Part shown: in pieces, positions 40,760 to 51,360 of the stretch | Numbering within the stretch: the stretch's first letter is position 1 | How the letters are laid out: each line of letters starts with the position of its first letter | DNA from: Rhizophagus irregularis | Taxonomy: Eukaryota | Assembly (NCBI RefSeq): GCF_026210795.1 | Contig: NC_089429.1 | Location: 7,130,001 to 7,194,000, forward strand | Reading direction: 5' to 3' | Length of the DNA stretch: 64,000 bases | The notes under the pieces: generated by a model | What the model was told of the DNA's origin: nothing | Seen by the model: only the letters and a program-made list of their open reading frames with translations | The model's database searches: none | Position numbers and translations under genes: made by a program

Positions 40760-41645
40760 CACTTACCTGCCAAAAGTATTTGAGTAATTCTAAAAAATGA
40801 CCATTAAATCACATTATTTTGACATCCAGTAATCAGAATTTAATGATTTATAATTCATTGGATTCGTCTAATTGAGACACATCTAATCACAGCATTTTAA
40901 ATCTATAAGTTCAATAAATCAGAAGTTATCATTAAATGTCTAAAAACAGTAAAATGCAAATAACTTTTGATCCATCAATCCTAGAGACATGAAAATAATA
41001 GATATAATGTACCTTAATAAAACAAATCTAATGAATCATATTTCATCTTTCTAGATTTAATAGGGAAGAAAACTTTATAAAATTTGTATTTGCTAAATTT
41101 TTAAAAATAAAAAACGAATTACTTCATAAAGTTAAATCACATTATTTCAATAACCAGTGAATAGAATTTAATAATTTATGATTCAATGGATTCATATTAT
41201 CAAGATACATCTAATTGCAGTATTTTTATGTCTCTAAATTCAATGAATCAGATGTTATTTTTAACAGTAAAATGTAAATAATTTATTATTCATTTTTAAA
41301 AATTTGACATATACAAATTTCACAACATTTTCTTTTCTATTAAACTTAGAAAGATGAAATATGATTCATTAGATTTGTCTTATTAAGGTACATTGTATCT
41401 ATTATTTTCATGTTTCTAGGATTAATAGATCAAAAGTTATTTGAATTTTACTGTTTTTAGACATTTAACGATAACTTCTGATCTATTGAACTTACAGACT
41501 TGAAAATACTGTGGTTAGATATATCTCAATTAGACGAATTCAATGAATTATAAATCATTAAATTCTGATCACTGGACATCAAAATAAATAATGTGATTTA
41601 ATGGTCATTTTTTAGAAATGTCCAGATATTTTTGGCAGGTGGGTG
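40760..41645. mobile_element. Tc1-like foldback MITE with ~330-bp inverted arms
   Basis: Ends CACTTACCTGCCAAAA / TTTTGGCAGGTGGGTG; TA flanks; arms align over ~40760-41090 and ~41315-41645. Confidence 0.88.
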
Positions 41646-41928
41646 TAAAACTATAACCTTACTTTATAAAGTAACAATATGCAATGCAAAAATATACTTT
41701 ATGAGCAATTTTATTTTAATTTTATTTAATTATAAAAGATATTACTAAATATCATCAATGGTAGATTTATAATATAATGCTGATCAGTATTTTATTAGTA
41801 AATTTTAATTCAAACCAAAAGTGTATCTTAATACTATTATAGTAACAATCACTGCTAATAATTTTCAATTATAAATATTATATAAATATTTTATTAAATA
41901 TTTTTTAATAGTATCTTTTATTTTTTTA

Positions 41929-42633
41929 CAGTCAACTCTTAATATAACGAAGTTGGCATCCAGGCTGATTAGGCCTTCGTTATAGGAATATTCGTTAATA
42001 TGATGGGAAAATCTAGTATAACCTGGAAAATTTTTGTGTATTATGGTATATTGTCGTATAATAATTGTATCTTATAATGCAAAAATGCAAGTTACACAAA
42101 ATATCTTCATTATATTGAAAAAAATTTGTTATAAAAGAAAATTCGTTATTAAAAGGGGTATTTTTCAAGGACCCCAGATATCTCCAAAACAGGTCATAAG
42201 TCACACTTTCGGCAGATTGGCCCATTTTTCAGGGTTTAAAAAATCGTTTTTTGTAAATATCTCGGCATCCAGTGGTCCAATTTTGATGAACTTTTTTTAA
42301 AATTGTAGATCTAAATGAGGGCTACAAAATAAAAAAAAGTTCATTAAAATTGAATCACTGGATGCCGAGATATTTACAAAAAACGATTTTTTGAGTTTCA
42401 GCAAAAAGGGTGTTTTTGGCCAAAAGTCCATTATGACCTTTATATTAGATATCTGGGGTCCTATTTTTCATATACGGTTTATAAAATTTACTTCATTAAA
42501 CGGTATATAGCATTTAATTAGTAAAATTCGGTATAATGAGATTTTTTTCATATGTTAAAATCTGTACCATACTGAAGATCCGTTATATTATAAAATTCGT
42601 TATATCAAAATTCGTTATAAGAAGAGTTGACTG
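41929..42633. mobile_element. pogo/Tigger-like MITE
   Basis: TIRs CAGTCAACTCTTAATATAACGAA / TTCGTTATAAGAAGAGTTGACTG; TA TSD. Confidence 0.88.
42168..42462. mobile_element. Nested foldback MITE with 8(-9)-bp TSD
   Basis: AGGACCCCAGATATCT / AGATATCTGGGGTCCT with ~130-bp arms; ATTTTTCA on both flanks. Confidence 0.85.
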
Positions 42634-43230
42634 TATTATGATAGTGGTTATCTATACGCAACAAAATCTGAAATTTAAAATTTCATTATTTATATTATAT
42701 AACTTATTTTTAAAGTACTTTGTTAAAATATAATAATTGTTGCATAAGTGGCAAAATTTTTTTTTGCTATATTACATGGAATTCTTATGGAATTTTTGTA
42801 AAATTTATAAAAATTACATGTAAACTAGTTTAAAATTTTATGTTTTTATTATTGCTATTTATTAAAATTATCCAACTTTAACCTAAATATTAATTAAAAT
42901 TCTTATTAAATTCTATAAAATAACTTGATAGAAATTTTTACTACATATTGCTCTATCATTTTATCAGTTTAGTTTTTTTTTTCTATTTAATTTATAATTT
43001 ATAAAAATTTGAAATCACATAATATTAGTATGATTTATAGGTGATCACCACTATATATCTTTTATTAAATATAAATATTAAAATATAATTTTATTAATAA
43101 TTAGTTAATTACTTTAGTCAATAGTTATATAATTAAAATTTGCCTAGTAAAATTATTTAGTAAATTAAATTTACTGTATTTTAAAACTTGATATAATTTT
43201 AGTATTATTATAAAAAGTTAATTCTTGTTA

Positions 43231-44038
43231 TAGTAAAGCTTGTTATAGTAAATTTTGGCTTATAGTAAACTTTTTTTATTTTCCCAATTCACTTACTAAT
43301 AAATCTTATTTGTTATAGTAAACTTACTAATAAAATCTCAATATTAGATATAGTGAACTTTTTAAGAATTTTATATAAAATGTATATTATAAATTTATAT
43401 TTGGACGCTTTGCAGTAGAAAGGGACGAAACTACTAAAAAAGTTTAAATTTCTTTTATATGCCAAAAATATTCTAAATGCTATAATTTATTCAGATTTTA
43501 TATTAACTCATTTTTGTTTTTTTTTGGTAGTTTTGTTCCTTTCTATTGCAAAGCACCCATTTGTTATAGTGAATATCATGTAAAATCATTAGGTATATTG
43601 TTTACAAATCACTTTAATACAAAAATTAGAATTAGATATATTTCACTTTATTATTACCGTAAATTTACAAGATTATATTATGAAATGCCAATAGAACTAT
43701 TATCAGATAAAGAAATTATATTGGTCTAAATATACACAGAATTGGAAATCCTTAATACTTTAAAATTAAAAATTAAATACTTTTATTAAAAGAAACTTTT
43801 TATTTTTTTTTTTTGTGTTAAGATTGTAAATCAATTTATTAAACAGACAAAAACCATTGATACAAATAATACAAACTAAAAAGAACCACTGATTCCCCTA
43901 TCTACCATAGTAAAGAAACTTTTTATTGTATTAATATAAGGTTTACTAAGAAATCTTTCATTTTTGTGAATATTTATTTGTTATATAGTGAACGAAAATG
44001 GTTGGAACTAAGGGTTCACTATAACAAGCTTTTCATTG
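43231..44038. mobile_element. Degenerate pogo-like MITE
   Basis: Left TAGTAAAGCTTGTTATAGTAAA versus right TTCACTATAACAAGCTTTTCATTG; internal TATAGTRAAC repeats. Confidence 0.55.
43403..43558. mobile_element. Nested MITE with 4-bp TSD (possibly Sola-like)
   Basis: TIRs GGACGCTTTGCAGTAGAAAGG / CCTTTCTATTGCAAAGCACCC; ATTT on both flanks. Confidence 0.75.
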
Positions 44039-44266
44039 CTATTTAATTTTCATTAATAATTCAACTTTTAAAATTCAAGATTGTTTATTTGCAAAAAACA
44101 AATGCCTATATTCATAAAATTTTTAGTTTAAACTATAACAAATATGATATTTTAAGTATCAGTATATTTTTACAATATGAATAAAAATATGATTAATGAA
44201 CAAGTATCTTCAATATTAAGTTATAATGATATAATGATATAAAGGATGTATATAAATAAATATATA

Positions 44267-44432
44267 TTTATTTTATGTAAAAGCAGGAGAGTAAACAATA
44301 AAAAAGGTCCTATACATTCAAAAGAATAATGACACTAATTGAAACTCTTCGCCCATCCTTATCCAAGGACAAACCCTCACTTATACCCTACGAAGCCACC
44401 CATTCCTTATCCCGACTGATAAGGAACGACCT
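44267..44432 (-). mobile_element. Short insertion flanked by a 16-bp direct repeat (probable retro-insertion)
   Basis: TATAAATAAATATATA at 44251-44266 and 44433-44448; T-rich left end; GC-richer interior. Confidence 0.55.
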
Positions 44433-44469
44433 TATAAATAAATATATAAAATATATATATATAATAAAC

Positions 44470-45405
44470 TGTAACTCTTGTGACATACAATCATTATAAT
44501 ATGTTTTACTGTGCCGCATTTCTTTATTAGTGATTTTTGTTAATTCCGCTTTAATATCTTCATTATTATCCATCTTTTGTTTATCATGCATTGATCCTCC
44601 TTTAGATGTACCGTTATTCCAATTTTTCTGTAATTATACCAGAATCGCGAAGAGCTCAATGTTTGGGCAAAATTTGGCAAGAGCATTTAAAATTTCATTC
44701 GTATCAGTAATGTCTCTTACTCGATTCGCGGGGAGGCAGAGTACAACTTCTTTAAGGGTTTTGTTTGCACCTTAGCTGCTAATTTAACTTTTCCATTTTC
44801 AGCACGTAATTTTTCTATTTCCAATTTACTCTTTTCTAACTCGTATTGTTGAGTTAATTTTTTTTCTTCTAATTCAAACATTTTTTGACATTCATGTTCT
44901 TCTAAAGTTAATTTTTTTCCATAAAATCTATTAGCATACTATTTGATAATTAAGATTTTGATTAATATTTTCAATCAGATCCATATTCAGTTTCTTCATA
45001 TCGTTGTTTGATAAAATTTTTTTCCTTTTAGGAGTAGACATATGTGTTTCCAAATCTTGTTTACTGTATGACTTTAAAAAAGGTCTGACTTAGTGCTTTT
45101 CTTAATAAAATATTGTAATTGATATGCTGCTGTATAAATTTCAGAGCATCCACCTTTGGCCATCTTGTGATAAATATTGAAAGGTGAATGGCTCAGTAAG
45201 GATGGCATTTATCAAGAGGAATATTATTATAAGGAGTATTGATGAAATTTGCACACATTTGGTAAGACATTTTGAAGATTTTAGTAATATTTGAAAAAAT
45301 TTGATTTTGTTTGAAAATTTGACGTTTTAACTCAAGTTCTAGTTTTGTTAGACTTTTGTCTTTAAGATTTTCTTTTTCACTCATCTTACGTCGGATGTAA
45401 GTCAA
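44470..45405 (-). pseudogene. Disrupted gene of unknown function with a coiled-coil segment
   Basis: Long protein-like frame (…ELEEKKLTQQYELEKSKLEIEKLRAEN…) broken by stops and frameshifts. Confidence 0.4.
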
Positions 45406-46907
45406 TATTTGAAAAGATTAAAATTTAATTATCTACAATCGACTTGAAGAATAGATTTATAAATATTTTTTTTTAAAAAAAAAAATTACGATTTTACCCT
45501 CTCTATCATACCATTTTCAGCTGAAACCCCAAGTTAATAGTTAATATTACCTGTTAAGGTTTCGCTCTGTAATACAATCATACGAGTACATAAATAATAA
45601 GGTTTGCCCCATAAAATTTTTAGACGGAATTCATACGGAATTTCTAATTTTAAATATGTTTCCCGCGTACAGCCTCGTTTTTTTATGTGGCGATGTTATC
45701 AAGATCACATCATCTTTAACAATTGATATGGGGATGGTATAAAAAAATTTTCTGGATTTTTTTAATAACAGATATGGCGTTTTTTATATGCCCTTACTTT
45801 GCTGTAAGCCCTCCCAGAAATATAATTATATTCAATTGAACATTTAATCGACCAACAAGAGAACTATTAGTGTAGATTTACTTTTAACAATGACTTAATT
45901 AGCGTAACTGACGTAATATTTTATATAAAGTATGTTATTTATTGATCAAATTTACGTTCGTTTTATTAACAACACAACTAGAAAAACGAAATTATGAACT
46001 ACTATATCAAATGTATGTAATAGTTTTTTAAAGCAATTTATTTATTAATTACTATTGAGGATTGAACAACAACGAAGAGTGTATGTCCCGTATAGTTGAG
46101 CGTAAGTCTTTCGCAAAGGCAGTATATTTTTAGAAAAAAGTGTTAATTATATTATGACCGTTTTTAGAATAGGACTAAGGATATGTAACATTCACAAGGA
46201 AATAGTTCACTTTAGTCTTTTAGTGTTATAAGGATAATGGTGCGAAGTTACTGGGTTAGGGTGGATACAATTATATAAAGTAATGGCCAATTTTTTACCG
46301 ATTGAATCAGAAAGCCTTTTAATCAAAAAATAATGTCATATTGCCTTCATATAAATTACCGAGAAAACCAACATTTGAACATTCGAATTTCGTAGAAGAG
46401 AATATCGTAGGAGAATAACGATAAGAAGAAGCATCATAGACCAGGCTCCGCGTATATAAAACAAGAAGACATTTTCGCGAATTTCAAAGATTATATTAAC
46501 AAAAAAAAGTCAAAAATGAAGATGAGAAATACATGAATTATTTTACTCAAATCACGCCATATTGGATTATAGACATCGAAACGCGAAACGCGTCAGTTTT
46601 CGAGAAATAATGGAAATGATGCATCAAGTCATGCAAAGTTTGATGAATATAGTGTATCAGACAAAAACAAAAGTCCCAAAAAACGTATAATTGAGAATGA
46701 TCAGGAGACTTCCGCCAAGGCCGTAGTTTTGAACAATCGTGGTGGGAATGACACCCATGTAAGATAGAATAATCACATGATTTATTATTAAGCGTAACGC
46801 AAGATTTTTGCTACACAGCCACGGGCCACCCTTAAAAAATTACGTAATAATATCCTTCACTTTTATTGAAAAAGGACAATTAAATATCATCCTTCCGGAA
46901 CCAACTA

Positions 46908-47091
46908 CAGTCTAACCTCGATATACCGATATTTGATATACCGATATACTATTAAAAACTTGATATACCGATAAAATTTTATTTTCCCACTATATGTGAG
47001 GACATATAAATATCGGTATAACTTTGATATAACGATATTTTCTAAAAATTTTATATATGTCCCGACATATCGTTATATAAAGGTTTGACTG
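46908..47091. mobile_element. pogo/Tigger-like MITE
   Basis: TIRs CAGTCTAACCTCGATATACCGATA / TATCGTTATATAAAGGTTTGACTG; TA TSD; internal GATATACCGATA repeats. Confidence 0.85.
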
Positions 47092-47811
47092 TAACATGTA
47101 AATATTGTAATGAAGAAATAGTAGAAAGTTCGAATCTTTAGCTTACATTTATTCTAAAGCCAATCGTATTATTCCCAATAATTAATAAACACATAACATT
47201 GTGCATTTTTGAAGACTTATAATATTACGGAAAAAAATTGGTTATAGAGGGTACCTTACTAGTAGTACCGAATCTTTCACCGAATTCCCGTTATGCTTCT
47301 CAAGCTGCGATACAAACTTCCTCTAATTGTTATGATGCGGTTACCGCTTCGACAACGGCGAGTTTAAAAATGTTAAAATTGTTAGGATGAGTGTAAAGAT
47401 GGCTTAGAACGTAACATTTTTTTTTTTATCTTTTTTTGCATGTATTACTTTCAAATCTACTACTTCTACACAGTCAATCAATACGACTTTTTTTGTCGAA
47501 CACGAAAATTTGATTTATCTTAGCCCTTGCAGTAGATGAACTCATTTAAAATACTTAGTTTATTATTTTTTTATTGTTTATTTACCGTTTCTTTAATACC
47601 ATATAAATAAATAATAAAATAACTAAATATTACTATGACTAAATATTATGACTATCCCTACTACACATTCTTCGGCAAAGATGGCGACAGTCTGCATGGT
47701 CTTGAGGTTCTATAAACGTATGGAAAGATCTTTACTCGCTGAGAAGAGTAAAGATGGCTTAGAACATCTTCCTTGAATAACATTTTTTTTTGCATATATT
47801 ACTTTCAATAC

Positions 47812-48060
47812 TTAATATACTCTATTTTTTTTTTCTAAAATATTATTGAAATAAGAATTCCGAGTACCACAATGGATCTCGAATTCAAGAGTATGTAAAT
47901 TTGCTTCATTATCAATAATCAGTTTAAATAATAACATTTGAATTAATCTTTGGAAATTTTCAATCTCACTTAAATAACTTTTTTCAGGTTTTAAAGTTTT
48001 AACAGCATTTTCAGACCACTTGTAAACAGGAGAAAGAATCTTCCACGTATTCTTATTCCC
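47812..48060 (-). pseudogene. Fragment of an F-box/LRR-family-like gene
   Basis: FQRLIQMLLFKLIIDNEANLHTLEFEI resembles the post-F-box segment FEVLFKLIMTKTQGIDTLRI of the 15743 gene; no F-box start. Confidence 0.45.
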
Positions 48061-48520
48061 CCTCTTCTTAAAGATAAAGCTTATTCGTTTTTTACAAGCC
48101 CTCATAAATTTTTTTCGCTTTCTTACTTTGTGAAAAAAAAATGCCATTTTGAAATTTTTTATTTTCACAAAATAAGAAAGCGAAACAGTAATGCCGTTTT
48201 CACTTTGTTCCTTAGAAGTTCGTGGCCCTATTTAATTTATATATTAATAAAATTAATGTTGCAAAAAAAAGATTAATAATAAATAATGAAATTTAAGAAC
48301 ATTTACCAATTGGTATTTTCTCCCGCATCACGTTTTCATTCCAAAAAAACTCTGACATGATCAATTTTCCAAAAAATTTTTTATAGGACTCCAAGAAGTA
48401 AAATGTTTATTTTATAGAAGAAGATATTGGAAGATACTTTATTTGGTTTTTTGAAATTATTTTTTTTTTGATTGCGAGAGGAGTTTGAAGAGAAAAGATA
48501 GCAAAAAATCACATTATTTA

Positions 48521-48682
48521 TGTTGTGCCCCAAATCTCAATATGCCCCAAATTGACGATAATCATCGATGATTACTATATGTGAAAAGTAATGCTAGAAA
48601 AATTCTTAAGGCATTATGAAGGTAGGCCGATAATTTAGGCCGATCGTTGATTTGGGGCACATCGTCAACTTGGGGCATAACA
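48521..48682. mobile_element. MITE with TGT...ACA ends and 4-bp TSD (Ginger-like)
   Basis: TGTTGTGCCCCAA / TTGGGGCATAACA; TTTA on both flanks; internal TGCCCCAAAT repeats. Confidence 0.75.
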
Positions 48683-50389
48683 TTTATACCCTAAATTTCT
48701 TTATCATACATGTAAATATGTGATTTACGCAATATGTATTAAAGAAGCTAAACCATTTTTGTATTTATTAACATAAATTTTGCATAATAAAGTAAATCGA
48801 ATAAAAAATTATTCGTGTTATAAAAAAAAAAATATCAGTTGACTTTTGAAAACAAATTATTAAAACGTTGCAATTAATTTAATGACTTATCGGAAGTTTG
48901 CGCCGAATGATTTCGAAAGAAAATTCTCTCTGAATTGTTTTTATTTACATGTTTTATGATCAAAATAAATATATTTGGATAATCAATTGATTAATTCATG
49001 TTCTTATTCTATATTTGAAATCATTTTTTTTTAGATTTTCGTAAGATAATCAATATTTGATTTATTTAATTAAAACTGAAAAGTTATAAAAAAAATGTTA
49101 AAAGTTAATTAATGAATTGATACACCAAATAAACTGAACATGATGTGCGAAACGATACTTTTATCTGATATATCTGATATCGTGTTTTTTTTAAATGTAT
49201 CTATGCATGTAGATCTATTGTATTTGTATGATACCATGATCGGAATGATATTTTAATGCATCAATATAAGAGAAATTACACATTATTTTTAAAAAAGTAA
49301 TAATTTATCTAAATTTGTTCATTTGTATTCATTCATTTGATAAGAAATTACTTTACTTTGGGCCAAATTTTTTTTTTTAAAAAAAAATAAAAATAAAAAT
49401 AAATAATAAAATAAAAAATTCATATGAATTATTTTTTGTGTGGTAAAATTATGCGATACATTTCCTGTAATGTTTCACATACGTTTGCATCAATTTAATT
49501 GATTTTTAAAAAATATATAATATTTATTTTTTTGATTCATCTTTTTCTTTTTACGGAATTTTATTATCGTAATGAATTGCATATGATATCAACTGAACCT
49601 ATTGTTCTCTCACTTGCATATCTGCGTAATTGTTTATAGACGCCTAGTACAAACTCATGGAATCTCCTTGTTATATCCTCATTATAAATCAAAGAATTTG
49701 GATTTTTTTGGTCTGCATTATTTATGATCTTGGCCGGAATTATAAAGGTTATTACAATAAAAAGGGTTTACCACGAAATCCCGACAAGCACAATCCCGAT
49801 ATAATAAAATCCTGAGGCACATATTCCCGACTAAGACAATATACTGAACGATCAAAATCCCGAAAGTATCATATCCCGAATGGTCTAAAATCCAGTATTT
49901 AAATTTCCTGAAAGTTCAAGTTACTGATGAGTCAAAATCCCGACACAATATTATATTTTAAGTATCTGTTTGATTTTTGTTTACTAGGAAGATCATTTCC
50001 TACTGATTATATAATTTGCGGCAATTAATACAATCATACATATGCACTTTGATTTCAAATTTAAATTAATAAATTTAATGAATAAAATTCATAAAAATTG
50101 CAATTTTGATTTATGACTTACATGTTACAGTATATTTATTTGCATAAGCTAATCTAGCATAAATTAATCTAGCAATACAGACTATCACAGGTCGAACAGA
50201 TGTCATTGTCGCAAAATTTGCCTGGAATTTTTCTGGCAAATTGAGAATTATCCCGGTAAATTGAGGTAAATTGTGTTACAATTTTGGGATAATGGAGGAC
50301 TTACAATTTGGCAAATTTTGTCAAAATGGCGGAATTCCTACAGAATTCCTAATTCAAATGTTGAGAAATTTTTCAGTAAATTATCATTA

Positions 50390-50990
50390 AATTGTGGGAA
50401 ATTTTAGGCAAATTTTTAGTAATGTTATGCAAACGAAGTGTAAATTGTGGTGAATTTAGTTAAATTTTTAGTAATTTTATGCAAACTTAATGTAAATTGT
50501 GGTGAATTTTAGGCAAATTTTTAGTAATTTTATGCAAACGAAGTGCAAATTGTGGTGAATTTAGTTAAATTTTTAGTAATGTTATGTAAACGAAGTGCAA
50601 ATTGTGGTGAATTTAGTTAAATTTTTAGTAATTATATGTAAACGTAATGTAAATTGTGGTGAATTTAGTTAAATTTTTAGTAATGCTATGCAAACGAAGT
50701 GCAAATTGTGGTGAATTTAGTTAAATTTTTAGTAATGTTATGTAAACATAATGTAAATTGTGGTGAATTTAGTTAAATTTTTAGTAATGCTATGCAAACG
50801 AAGTGCAAATTGTGGTAAATTTAGTTAAATTTTTAGTAATGTTATGCAAACGTAATGCAAATAGTGGTAAATTGTAGTGTATTTTTAGTAATATTATGTA
50901 AATTGTTGAAAATTTAGGTGAATTTTTCAGCAATGTTGTGCAAACGTAATACAAATTGTGGAAAATTGTGGTGAATTTTGCATTTTTTTG
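50390..50990. repeat. Subterminal minisatellite, ~52-bp unit
   Basis: AAATTGTGGTGAATTTAGTTAAATTTTTAGTAATGTTATGCAAACGAAGTGC repeated about 10 times. Confidence 0.9.
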
Positions 50991-51360
50991 GTAAATGTTA
51001 GCTAGATTTTTGAATAATTTAGTGAAATTTAGGATAATTTCGGACAATTGAGTGAAAATGTTTTACCGATTTTGGACAATTGAGTGTAAACGATATAAAT
51101 GCAACATTTTCGAAGATAATTTAGTGAAATTTTGCAATAATTTCAGATAATTGAGTGAAATTTTTGGACAATTGAGCGAAATTTAGTAATAATTTTAAAC
51201 AATTTAGTGTAAACGCCATGACAATTTAAAACACTGATTTATAATCTATTATAATTTTATTTATTAATAAATGCACAATTATTATTATTTAACGATAATC
51301 TATATTTATCAGATATCCGATAATCTATGGATAATCCGCACCAGTGCCAAAATAGAAAAC

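Noticed and set aside
50790..51047. 85-aa ORF on the minus strand
   Set aside because: Translation of the 52-bp subterminal minisatellite
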